From Marsupella aquatica (taxonomy: Eukaryota > Plantae > Marchantiophyta), in the NCBI GenBank assembly GCA_973895155.1, contig OZ316894.1, positions 26,962,340 to 27,026,339 of the forward strand: 64,000 nt of DNA, read 5' to 3'. The notes below the pieces were generated by a model, which did no database searches, was not told where the DNA came from, and saw nothing but the letters and a program-made list of their open reading frames with translations. Position 1 is the stretch's first letter. The number at the start of each line of letters is the position of its first letter. This document shows, in pieces, positions 48,226 through 59,854 of the stretch. Made by a program: the position numbers and the translations under genes.

Positions 48226-48911
48226 TTGGGTGAACCCTAAACCCTAAACCCTAAGCTTTGATTCCAGCCAACAGAGGCGGGTGGTCAACCTTTGTACGTT
48301 TCCTAGAGGCCATGTACACACGGGCCACCTAATCACTGCAGACCGGAAGATAATGCGTTCACCTGATAATCGGAGGGCCCTTAAAATGCTGCGTTTATAA
48401 CTTGGTCCAGTCCAGTCGTCTGGTGAGTCTCTGCTCCGATTCCAAATGGGAGAAATATTGGGACAAACGTACTAGACACCTGCAAGCATGCACCTCATAG
48501 TTTGAATATGTGCCTTCACAATATTGAAGGTGACAAGTGCAATTGTTTTGTGATGCCACATACAGATGTTGTAAATGGGCAGACATTCAATGAGAATACA
48601 AAATGTTGGTACACTTTAAGGGAATTCTCGCAAATTAAATAGCCTTGTAACTTATATGCTCATAATGAGAAGTCCTGATTTAATTTAAGCATTGTCATGT
48701 AAGTCGTGATCAAAATGATTGCAGAGTTAAAAAAGTTCCTAGAAGGCTTAAGGGCAGTTTTTGAAGGCATGTACCCAGGAACAAGTAATGAACTTAGGGT
48801 ACTTGTTGCCTAAGCATCCTCTCCTACAGAGGTCCTTCTTCTCAAAATTGGAATGTCTGCAATCTCCAAGGTATCCACATCAGGTGCACTATGCATGTAT
48901 ATTATTCAGGT

Positions 48912-49592
48912 TCAAAGCCAAGAAATGTGATCTCTCATGGGAGTGTGCAAAGTAGGATCTATGGCATGGCGATGACAATAGAAGATCCATCGATCAACAC
49001 CATGTGCAGAGTGATCATAGATGTGTCTGTCACAAGCATAGCCTTCTGCTTGACGCTCCTTCAAACAATGAAAGTGCCACATGGTGGGACACCTAACACA
49101 GTGGACTATGTCCACCCAGAAATCTTCATCGTGCTGACCACATGCCTTGCACTTATGAAGTGGGCAAGCTGTGGCAAGATCGGGAAAACATGAAAAACAA
49201 AAGAACCTCACACAATATCTGTCAGGGCATTTCCTAACAAGTGGTGGAGCATCAACAGAGCCCTCATAAGACCCCAACTTCCCACACTGTGCACACTTAG
49301 CCTGCTTCTCCAAACAATCAGTGCACATCCAGCCTCCCTGGTGTGCTGACGGGAGGCCCACCCCTGGACAGTTGTTTTCTGCAGCAAGGTCAGACTCCGG
49401 GTTGAGGTGGAAATGCCTCATGCAAGGGCCCTCACATATGGCTAAGCCACCACCATCGTCACAAATGGCACAACAATGAGCTGCCTTCTGGAAAATCTGA
49501 CTTGCGGAGAAGTTACTACCATCTGGCCCAACTACACCTGTGTTGCTCACCTCTGTCCCCCGCTTCTTGGCTCGGATTTTAGGGCGTGCCAT
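48912..49592 (-). CDS. Stand-alone EDM2/NSD-type composite PHD finger protein (226 aa)
   Basis: CAICDDGG.L..CEGPCMRHFH, CTDC....KCAQCGKLGS, CPLHKC..C, CVRCP..WH..CL, FYCHRHAIDPTLHTPMRDH follow the EDM2 PHD cluster in order. Intact ORF with a basic N-terminus and a splice-acceptor-like site just before the ATG. Confidence 0.88.
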   Translation of the reverse strand: MARPKIRAKKRGTEVSNTGVVGPDGSNFSASQIFQKAAHCCAICDDGGGLAICEGPCMRHFHLNPESDLAAENNCPGVGLPSAHQGGWMCTDCLEKQAKCAQCGKLGSYEGSVDAPPLVRKCPDRYCVRFFCFSCFPDLATACPLHKCKACGQHDEDFWVDIVHCVRCPTMWHFHCLKERQAEGYACDRHIYDHSAHGVDRWIFYCHRHAIDPTLHTPMRDHISWL

Positions 49593-50261
49593 GCCTACGC
49601 ATGAGACAGATAGTACAATTTAGCAGAGTGCACGGACAATACAATTTAGTGCAGTGTACAAAAAGTACAGTGTAGCATATAGACTAGAGTGGCAATTGCT
49701 ACTGCAATGAAATGTTCACACACATGTGCAGAGTAGACATACTTTTTGGTTTGTTGAGCCCACACTAAAAACTGATCCCCTCGTACAATAGCTCCACCTA
49801 CACCTCAATTTTGTGGCTATGATTCACCAAAGGAGATCTGCAACAAGATTTAATGCATTTGAATCACATATAACAGTCGTGACATGTAAAACAGGCATTT
49901 TTTGAACAGGATTGGTATCAAGCACTGTGATCAGGGTTGTAATTTATACATCCTAAATAGGCTATGATAGTGAATGAGACAAATAAGTTAGGCAGAAATC
50001 ACTTTTTCCAGGTTATCACATGGCCCATTAATTCCAGTCTTTGAAAGGAGACTTTTAAGTGAGCTTGCTAGCCTCTTAAATTAGGATATTGTACTTAGTG
50101 CAGCCATAATAGGATAAGTTATGTACTGTTGACCCTAAACCCTGGACCCAAAATTGGTCATAATTCAAAATCTTAAGTAAATATCCTCTCTGTTCAAGTC
50201 AAAGTGTTAAGTTATAGGTCAATGGTCTCTGGTTTGTGCATGCGGTGTGACAAGTGGTCCT

Positions 50262-50711
50262 CTAGAGCGTGTGATCCAAACATGTGTAGACACCAAAGTG
50301 ACCGGTGGTGGGGTCTGGGAGGGCAGGACAAGTGACATCGCCAGGCACACTGCAGGATGGCGAGTGGTTCCAGATGATACATTGTGCTCTGTGAAAAAAC
50401 CGACATCCAAGAGAACGGTCATCCAACTCTAGGCCAGAAGCCCTATAGGCAGGACAGTCATATTGGCAACTGTGCACACACCCTTGGGCCCTAATTTGTG
50501 GCGGGTCATGTATGAGAGACAGAAATACCAAGGATGTTGGGAAGGGTGGAGAAGCAGGTACAGGCCGGCTGTAGTTGTTCCTGGCAACAACTGGGTACTC
50601 AAAGTACCATGCAGACTGGGCTGGAAGGATCCCAAGTCTGACATACTCAAGGCGCAACATCTCTGCCTTGCGTGCAAGCCGCACATGTTCAGCGTTGCGG
50701 GTCCTCACCAT
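50262..50711 (-). CDS. Small Cys/His-rich hypothetical cargo protein
   Basis: 149-aa ATG-started ORF on the same strand as neighbouring cargo genes. CVHSCQYDC, CRFFHRAQC, HSPSC...C...H....C..H. Confidence 0.45.
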   Translation of the reverse strand: MVRTRNAEHVRLARKAEMLRLEYVRLGILPAQSAWYFEYPVVARNNYSRPVPASPPFPTSLVFLSLIHDPPQIRAQGCVHSCQYDCPAYRASGLELDDRSLGCRFFHRAQCIIWNHSPSCSVPGDVTCPALPDPTTGHFGVYTCLDHTL

Positions 50712-53700
50712 AAGTGTTGCTTTTGTGGAGATGTCGTGTGTTCACGTCCTCTGATAAGCACCTTCGATCAGCAAGGTGAGCAGGAGCTGTACTTGCCTCA
50801 CCAACAGCAACCAACCTTAAATTATCAGTTCCCACTCACTGTGTCATTCCATTGGTTCCAGCTAGGGGTCACAGTGTAAACATAGCATGAAACACTCCTA
50901 ATCAACTTGCTTACAAACTACAATATCCAGAAAGAGTGAAAGTCTCACCCTCCAGTGAGCAGCAGAGAGGTAGTTCACTAGATGTGTTGATGTGCAGTTA
51001 AACCTCCACTATTGCTTACTTCTGGTGTATGCTGCTCAGAAGAAGACATATTAGTAGCAGCAAATTGCAAATAATGGCCATAAGCAAACCGTGAGAGTTT
51101 GCAGAATGCTACGACAAATCCATCACAGCAGTGCTCCACAGGAATGAAACCAAGCAAAATTTGGTGACCTCGGCCAATGACAAGGCCAATGTAGTGAACA
51201 ATCCTTGACCGATCAGGATATGGATTGGAATTACAATTAGTCAGCTCTTCTTCTTTGTTTTCTAACTCTGGGGGAAATGAGCATGACCAGGGAATTCTTT
51301 GAGAAATAGAAGTGCACAGGGAAAATGAAATTGGCTCATTCAGCTGCGCAAGACCGGCCATTGCAGCAAACTTGGACAGTTGTTCCGCAATACATAAAAT
51401 ACCCTGACTTACATGCAATCGATACAATCTGCTTCTGTTGGCTGTCCTATAGCTCACGGTAGTGCCGTTGGGATAGGGTAAGTGAATATTGCCATAGCTG
51501 AAGCACATTGAGCTTGCAGCAAGAAGTGAAGGAGCATGGCCAAAAGCAGAAAAGACAGACAGGTTTTACAAGAAGAAACTAACAACCGCCAATCTGCTCA
51601 AATCCGCTGCATAGATCAAACCCTCCAAACTACACAGCCCTCCTTTGAAAACAATCCAATGTGCTTTGGCTGGTGGATGACAAGGACTGGGAGAAGAGGA
51701 AACGTCTACACAATCAATCCCAATGACGGGACATAGAGACCAGGCACAGAGAGGATTTGTGCTTAGACAAAAACCACAAATTGTAGCATGGGCGCCATAG
51801 CATTGGGCGGCAATGGGAAGAATTACATCAAATGAGTGGACAGAGAATGAACAGTCCGGTTATAGGCAAACAGCGACTGATGCCCTGATGCAATGAAACA
51901 CGCATTGACATAGCGGAGGGACATAAAAACTACATAAGCCAACTTACTGACCTTTTAAGGCCCACAATTTCAAGGGGAGGGACAAAGACAGCAATAACAG
52001 ACGCAGAGACAAAGTTGTACTCTGTCAATTGAGTAGGCAAGTGGGTGGGTGAAGATCAACAACCAATGTAGCAGCGCAACCAGAGTAGCAACAAAGAAGC
52101 AGGTTGCCCTCAGTCTCCTATTTTTCAAGCAGCTCGTGCTCGCGGTCAATCTCCTATTCTGCAAGCAGCTCACGCTCGTCCCTCTTGTTCTGCAAGCAGG
52201 TCATTCTTGTCGGCGATGGTGCAAGCTGTCCTCCTAAACTCTGACACTCAAAATGAAAAGACCAAGCACCTCCAATCTGTTTGATCCCTTCCGCAAGCAG
52301 CCGAGCGGCAGACGATAATGTAGGGATCAAGAACCAAGTGCCAGGCGGACATTGCACAAAATGAGGACCGGGGGCAGAGACAAAATCTACCGAAATCTAC
52401 CGAAATCTACTTCTTGGGGTCCAGCCCACGGATGGACATCATGCAAGGTGGTCAAAAATGGTAAGTGCAATTGTTGGAGAGCTGTACTCGCGATTACTAA
52501 CGGTGCATCCACAAAATGCGTCATCAAGTTGTCAGTGCGGCCACAACAATTTTGACAGTCTCAGGATCACAGGTCCACAAACAAGTTGCAAATGAAGACA
52601 CACAACGTCCAGGAGGGAAAGTCCGCAACACTAACCCTTTGTAAAGCCCCCGAGCTTACCTTCTAGCTGCCGACGCAAAGAGAAAACCTACTCAGACACT
52701 AAAGCAACCCTAAACTCAAAGTCTCACCTTAGCGCAACAACTCCTGGATTGGATTCAGCTAGCTCAGGCTCAATGAAGCATGTCGCCTCGGGCTCTCCGG
52801 ATCCTCCCAAGGCAGCAAACAAGTTAGGGTCCACGGTCCTTGTACCTTCACCGCACCGTTGTGTCCTTCCCAATGCCTCCTCTGTAGTTGCGTCTTGTCT
52901 GCAACTCTACAGCTCCCCGTGTTGCTCTGCCGCACTTAGTTATATTCCAACGCCCGATCGTGACCAAAAAGAGTTTTCTCCTGCTGGACAGCACTAGGCA
53001 TTTGTTCAATCTCTTGATCACGCGTAAGCAGCTACAGGTATGAATCACTCAGTTGGCAGCTCAATACGCTTACAGCAAGAGGGCGCAATAGGTAGAAGCT
53101 CGCGCTACCTAGACCAGCACAAGGACAAAGCATTAACATTGAAACTGTACCATGGAGCTGGAGAAAACCACAGAGTAATTGAAGCCTAACAATACCCTTC
53201 TTAGCTCCCGACTCCAAACTCTCGGCTCCCAGTTTGCAAGAACAAGCACTATGAAAATATGGATTCCCACATTGACTGTGTCCGCAGAACAGATGCAACC
53301 CGCATGCAACTTCACCAGCTCAACGGCAGCTTGACAACTGAAGGACCTCCCAATGAGCCTCACGGCCTCCCGATGCTCGTTATGGGTGCAGCAAAAGGGT
53401 CTATACCACAACTGTGACCGAGATTGTCACCCAAAACCTTGAAGAAACCCCAACCTCCGACTCCTCAAACTCCGACAAGCTCCTCACGAACGTTGCAGCA
53501 GCCACAACCTTCTTCGCCCTACCAGCCAAAAACTAAATGTCCCTAAAGGAGATCGAGCAGGAATGCAGGTCTATGAGTAGACTGCAAGCGCAAGGTTAGA
53601 TCACTGCAACTGCCTGAACACTGCTCCTCGAGAGCATAAACAAGCACATAACGCGAGGGAAGTTCACTCCGCAATGGTCGCAAAAAGTGGGCAACACTGA

Positions 53701-55172
53701 AAGGAAAACCCTACGTAAAACCCCGAACACTCCACCCCTCACGTTCTAAGTTCAATGACAATGGCGAAAACTCCAAAGAGACTCCCAAAGTGAAGTTTAG
53801 TGCCTGAAACCGAATTAGGGGAAGCCACTCAGCCTTACCGTTTGAGTGAGCCGTTGAGTGTCACCCAAAGTGGGACAAAGCTACAAAGTGTTACTGCATG
53901 GCCAACTTAGGCAATGAATGGTCATATTTGCACATACATGGTCGGTAGTGACATTTTATTGCACGCCGTAATCAGGATTAAGGTTGCCCAACATTATATC
54001 CGGTCCTAAAATGCAATATTCCCGGTGCAAGAATGTGACCTAGCTCTAATGTATGAAAAAGGACCGGTACAAATCTACCTTTGTGCATCTTGACCTTTTA
54101 TAGATGGATTTAGTAATGGCCAAGAATATCTTGACCATCCCTCCATGGTCCAACCTCCATGAACCCCACTTCATTAAACCCAAAACCTTTTTGGTCACAA
54201 ATAAGGACATTTAATGAGTTATGCCCCTTGCTATCACCCTCTTTATAGATTTATTTTTTTGTTTGAAATTTTACATTTATTCCGCGTGAACCCCACGGAT
54301 GGGGGAACCAGTAGGCCAAATGGCATCATAAAACCTCAACACCCAAAGGAGGCAATAACAAAGAGTTACTCAACCAGGGTCATCAGATCAGGCAAAGATT
54401 GCGAAGCCGTTCTTCTAGTGGTCCATGCAACAAGTAACAACTAGGGAATAAGCACTAGAAGGCGCAGTAGGTCAGCATAGTGTAAGTGTAAAGTGTCAAA
54501 GCATTGTCTAGTACTAAATTAATCCACCTGATTAGTAAGAAGGGGGTGTATACTGTAATGGGAAAAAGAAAAAAAAACCAAGGCATGAGCAAGGGCCACC
54601 AAGAGTGGTGCAGCTATAAGCTATAGGGATTGAACACAATGCGGGGGGGCAGTGGCACTATGTATGAGGAAATCACGGGAGTATCGGTGTCAAATGAGTC
54701 GACAAAACTCCCAGATAGCCACACAGTATAAATCAATCTCACAGAAGGCTGCCATCAATGGAGGAAACAATTTGACACGACCCACATCTGAGAGTGTGAA
54801 TTCGCTCGATCTCCAGCAGTTCTTTGGCACTCGATAGACGTCGGTGCTTTCGGCTCAAAGATGAAGGAGAATTACCCCTCCTCAACATAGAGTGAACATT
54901 ACCCATGATGTGCTAGACTATTCACCCTTCACAAAGTAGCAAGGTTACTTCTCATAGTCTTTTAGTGAACCATAAAACTCTCATAGTCTTTTCTAGTCTT
55001 CAACAAAACCGGTGCAATGGGTGCGAGTTGTTTTAAGTATGGAAAAAGGACTTAGTGGGCATAGTCCTATAAGGTATGGTCTAAATTGCCCCGGTTTCTA
55101 CTAGTGGGTTTATGCACACCCTTAAGCAACATTACAGTAGAAAAACTATAATAGCACCTCAGAGAAATGTAC

Positions 55173-55546
55173 CGTGAGGTTGGGGAACCCTGGAATAGCG
55201 GAGTCCTGGATTCAGTTTCCAATTGGTCCCAATCATCTTCGTCTAGTTCCATGACAGGAGGGTCACCCTCAGGTACATGAGGTCCAAAGTGGATGTCCAC
55301 AAGGTGCGCAAAAGCATCCTCTTCAACAATAGGTGCATCCATATCATCCTCTACATCTTCATCAAAATCGTCATCATGTGCATCATGGTACTCATTCACA
55401 TCCTCGTCCACATCCTCATCCTCATGCACATGATCACTCTCAACATCTTCGTCGTCAGAAAAAGATAATGTGGCTCGCATGTGGAACGAACGGGCTGACT
55501 CCGTCATCATCGATGGATGAGGTGTAGGTGTTATATTTGGACCATC
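55173..55546 (-). CDS. CACTA-1 transposase acidic exon
   Basis: Acceptor TTGCATAG|GAT at 55547. D/E-rich, ends ESRTPLFQGSPTSR at donor GTAC (55172), in frame with the exon starting at 26172. Confidence 0.85.
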
Positions 55547-55689
55547 CTATGCAAGACGTCAATATTAGATAAGGTCATCCCCAAATTAGACAATGTGTTC
55601 CCAATAGTGCATGAGGTAATGAAGGTCAAAGAATCCAATATAAGTCTCACTCTGAGTAATGAATAAGTGATCAATAACATATATAATCT

Positions 55690-56505
55690 TCAATGCCAAT
55701 CATAGTCTACAAATATCTCATCCCCTGCTCGAATGGTGCGGGTGGCATGTGTCAGGATGTAGTGACTGCATCCCAAGGGCAAACGAGGGTGACTTTGGTC
55801 ATGGTACTCATGCCACTCAGCGTTGGGGCGGAACCCCAAACGCCGACACCCCACTGTGCTATTGATGTAACCCGCCAAGTTTCCAGTACGAGGGGGGTAA
55901 CCATCCATCTGAGTATACCTAGGGTCCAACTTTAGTGACATGCCATACCGACCAAAGGTTGGGCATTGGCGAGACAAGATACGCCATCTATGGGCCGAAT
56001 ACTTTGGCCCATAAAATGGAATCAACTCGGGCAGGTCCTCAGGTGCACAACCTTCCGGCACCACAATATCCACGAGTGCAAATAATCCAAGACCTACGTT
56101 GTCTCCCAATGTGGATGGGAGGAGGACCCATGGCCTATCCCAAACTACAATAGGCTCCCGAACAAGCAGGACCATAGGGAGGCCAAACTGGGTTGGGAAT
56201 GAGTCCTTTATGATGTCCAAGGCTCTCCCTCTTAACTCTCTTGGTGCTCGGGAAAAAGAGGCATCAAGAAAAGGACAGTGTGGCGGCACCGTCCTAGGGG
56301 TACGAGACGTAATGGACCGAGGTCTAGTGGTGACCTCTACTCCCCTCTCAATAGGGTGACTCTGAATGACCCTCCTCCTCCTATCAAAAACACGGTCTAT
56401 TGCCCTTAACGTGGCATCGAGTGCTGATGGGGGAACTAGTGCTGTGAGCGCGCGATGTGCAACCTGTCTCATGTGGTCCAAGGGCGGAGAGACCACACAC
56501 AAAAT
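55690..56505 (-). CDS. SET-domain exon (putative lysine methyltransferase) within the CACTA-1 transposase gene
   Basis: PSTLGDNVGLGLFA, FYG, GNLAGYINS, PNAE, ATRTIRAGDEIFVDY are canonical SET motifs. Open frame; acceptor AAACAG|ATT at 56506 after a pyrimidine tract. Confidence 0.88.
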   Translation of the reverse strand: MLCVVSPPLDHMRQVAHRALTALVPPSALDATLRAIDRVFDRRRRVIQSHPIERGVEVTTRPRSITSRTPRTVPPHCPFLDASFSRAPRELRGRALDIIKDSFPTQFGLPMVLLVREPIVVWDRPWVLLPSTLGDNVGLGLFALVDIVVPEGCAPEDLPELIPFYGPKYSAHRWRILSRQCPTFGRYGMSLKLDPRYTQMDGYPPRTGNLAGYINSTVGCRRLGFRPNAEWHEYHDQSHPRLPLGCSHYILTHATRTIRAGDEIFVDYDWH

Positions 56506-56652
56506 CTGTTTCACATGTGAACAAGAGAACTTCAGAAATCAGGGAAAAAACCATTCCAACTAAACACTCAAGAAACTCAAGAAACCCAAACATGTTATAT
56601 TCAAAAATGGACTTAATGAATTGAATAGTGTCAATAAAGGTTTATGAATTAC

Positions 56653-57171
56653 CTGATGTGTCGGGGGTACGTAACGGCCGTGGAGGCCTAAATGGCTAAG
56701 GACAGTGGTCCTCTCGTGGGAGACGACGCCCTTGCATCTACTACATGGGCAGGGCATCTTTCGGACTGGGCCAATCCCCTGAAGGGCAGCCATGGCCTCT
56801 CCAAACCTATCCTCATCCTCCGGCATGGGTGATTGGTGTCGGGGTGTGTGGTCATCAGAGGGAGACCTGGACCGGCGGTGGCGGTGGGACTGTCGATGGG
56901 ACCTCCTATGCCTTCGTCGCTCCCGATGTCGATGATCCCTAGATCGGTACTCCCTATCTGAAGACTGATCCCAACTCCTCTCAGACGAATGGTGCCTGCT
57001 CCTATCAGATGATAAGTCCCTCCTCCTCTTGGTCGAGTGGTATCTCGACCTCGCAGGTGAGTGCTCCCTCCTCCTCTCCCTCCCCCTATCATGAGAGCGG
57101 TACCTGTCTCGGTGATGTGCACCTCCATCATAGCGATCATCAGATGACCACTCCGATGAGCACGAGGCCAT
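56653..57171 (-). CDS. CACTA-1 first coding exon: RS/RH-rich region + transposase-associated zinc-binding domain
   Basis: ATG at 57171, then RSRSPS-type repeats and MPCPCSRCK........VLSHLGLHG (Transpos_assoc pattern CPC..C...HL...G). Donor CAG|GTAATT at 56652. Confidence 0.85.
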
Positions 57172-57689
57172 GGCCTGCAATAGTACACACACATATACAC
57201 GCAAACTTGCAAACTCAGCCTTGGAAATGGAACGTCGGGACCACTATAGTACCACAATATTTACGTCAAGTAAAACAAAGTACTTTCACTTTACGTCGCC
57301 GAGAACACAATACACGATGTATTTCTTAAACCCTACGTCATGTACCGTACCCCACACGACGTTACAGTAAACCCTACCTTTTAACGGTGTACAGAACAAC
57401 GTTTAAATGAAAACATTGTCTAGCACAACGTATTACTAATCGATCAATTAGGGCATCATCGTGAAAAATGACGTAAATAGACAGAGAACGGCGGAAACAC
57501 ATTGTTGCGAACTCTGCCGCATTCTATTCGGAAAATACCGGGGCATAGTGTCGAATGTGAGTCATTCGACCATTCCGCACACACCTCACCCCACATCTAG
57601 TGTTCTGTTCTGTTCGTGGCTCTAGTGAAGCTCTAGTGAAGCTCTAATCTTTGTGAAGGTCATCTACATTTGCTCCAAGTCTCGCCTCA

Positions 57690-59854
57690 ATGTCACGTCC
57701 AGCTTATCTGCCCCTCAGTATCAACTTTGATGTTGTGAAAGTTTCCATGGAAGACCCAGAGGAGGTGGAGAAGGTTCGAACAGCTTTGCGGTCAGCACAT
57801 TCACTGATTGATGCTTTCAATCAGAGTTGGCAATTCATGGGAGGAACTGGGACGAAGGAGTCACGATTTTTGGAATACCTTCAGAACATAGAAGAGAACG
57901 CTCCAGCATCCGACGTTGAGCCCGACATTCAAGCACCAGAGTTCTTGCGCGACCTTCCGGGGGCATCACTTGATCCTCTTGCTTCCTTCCCGCCCTTGAT
58001 GGACTCAGTCTGGGACTATCCCTCGTTCTCTGGGATGGAGCCGGATTCACAACCACCCTGTGTTACTCCCATCAAGAGCCAAGTGAGGATTCAGAGATAT
58101 GAGCCTGATGATTCAAGTACAGAGTTGCGGACACACAGAAGGCGACATCATTCCCGTTCTTTGAGTAGCAATAGTAGCATTGAGAGGAGACAAAAAAGGG
58201 GAAGGGAAAGGAGCGCAGAGAAAGAGACAGCCACAGCACACACAAGAGAAAAAGGGCTGAACGAGATTCGAGGGTGGACAGAGATAGGAGAGGTCGAAGG
58301 TCACATCGACATTCACATTCAATCGGAGGAGGTCATCGGCGAGCTTCTCCTCACCAAACCGTTGCTACTCCTGCCAGCAAAGAACAACTGCCGGTCATCA
58401 GCCTGGCTGCTTTTGATGCGAAGCCAGAGGTGCTTGATGAGAAGGCGCTAACGAATCGAGTGCAGGTCTGCTGTACGAAACACTGCCCTGGGTGGACGAC
58501 TTGGAAGGACCTCATGCACAATACAAAGAAGTTTCAAGTACTCCTCAATGACATACAGGCCGGATTCAAGAATGGCAGAGAGATTGATTTTCGACACATC
58601 AGGCAGAAGATTGTGAGTTTCCTTGCTGACAGAAGATTCAGGTGGAGAAGCAAGGTCCGAGCAATGAAATGCGAGAAGACAGGGCAGTACCGTAAGCCTG
58701 AAGGGATGGCCGAGTCGGACTTCAACTTGATCGTGTCTGAACTTGAAGCACCCCCAGACACCCCAGTAGGAAAACGAGTGCACATGGGTGACAAAGTCAC
58801 TGCAGCTCGAAAGAATAGTGGACGCCTTCTAGTAACCAATTTCTGGGGGCAAGGAGGATGGCGAGGGTTCCTCGCAACCTACGTAAGTCTCGGACCCAAC
58901 TTCCATGTTTTCATTTCGCTGCTCCGGTGTAAACCATAGTGTAACGTCGAGATTTTGAAATTACGTCGCCTGATTCATTCATAACGTCATCCATAACAAC
59001 GTTAACTTTGATTTGTAACTTCATCTGAGACGTACCTTAGGAAGAACGTCGTCCTTGAGACGTTACATGTACCGCTTTAGTGAAAACGTCATTAGAGCGA
59101 CGTTAACTAGATATGCAACGCATGGAACGACGTTAGCACCGATGCTGAGAGGGTTGAATACGTGCTTAGGAACGACGTTCTTTTGCTTTCTCGCAGAAAC
59201 GCAAGTTTGGTGTCGATGCTGAGCCGTCGGAGGAGGAGCGGCTGTACTCGAAACGGTATGGCCCGGCAGCGCTATGGGCCAAGTTGGCCTCAGTCCCGGA
59301 GGATCACCGGGTAAGAGCTAAAGTGATTGCTAGGTTGTAGTTGACTTTAGGCCTACTCTGTGACATTAACTGACCAGAATGCTATCATGCAGGTGGAGGA
59401 TTGGACTCCTCCGGAGGGCTTGGTTGCACGGGCCATCCCTGAGGATCACTTGCCAGCCAGGGTACCGCCCGAGGAGGGTTTGCAGGAGGAGGCTCACGTA
59501 GATTGCGGGCAGGAGGAGGCAGAGACTCATGGGGGGCGTACTAGTGGCCAAGGCCGGAGGGAGAGAGAGAGAGCCAAGGGAGGGAGAGAGAGGGAGATAG
59601 GGAGAGATAGGTCAGATAGACAGAGGGGGAGGGAGAGGGAGAGGAGGAGGAGGGATGACACTAGGCGACCTCCACACAGTAAGGGGAGTAGGCCAGTGAC
59701 TACTCATAGGGCTGCAACACAGGCAGATACGTTGTCCCCCAGTACCACTAGCTTAGAGGAGGATGACTCCAGGTACGAGTTGCGCCCGAGAGGCGTACAA
59801 CCCACTTCTACACGCAGGTCTGGACGTGATACCAGGCGGACTGAGCGTGACTAG
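57690..59854 (+). pseudogene. CACTA-1 TnpA-like gene, divergently oriented; exons ~57690-58882, 59197-59310, 59393-59854; one frameshift in exon 1
   Basis: Transposase_24-like features: TTWKDL, IVSFLADRRFRWRSKV, KPEGMAESDFNLIV, AARKN....FWGQGGW. In-phase GT-AG junctions. Confidence 0.65.

Larger units (their letters stand above)
26263..55106 (-). mobile_element. CACTA transposon 2, nested in an intron of the CACTA-1 transposase
   Basis: Perfect 18-bp TIR CACTAGTAGAAACCGGGG (26263) / CCCCGGTTTCTACTAGTG (55089-55106). GGTT on both flanks. Removing it restores a ~152-nt GT-AG intron joining ...PLFQGSPTSR to LGATLLMLNLQ. Confidence 0.93.

Noticed and set aside
48233-48254. AACCCTAAACCCTAAACCCTAA as a telomere remnant (similar short tracts at ~3817 and ~31849)
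   Set aside because: Only 2-3 units, consistent with telo-box-like motifs common in plant promoters and TEs.
50978-54200. Short ORFs in the right arm of CACTA-2
   Set aside because: No recognisable motifs or consistent frame; possibly decayed cargo but unsupported.
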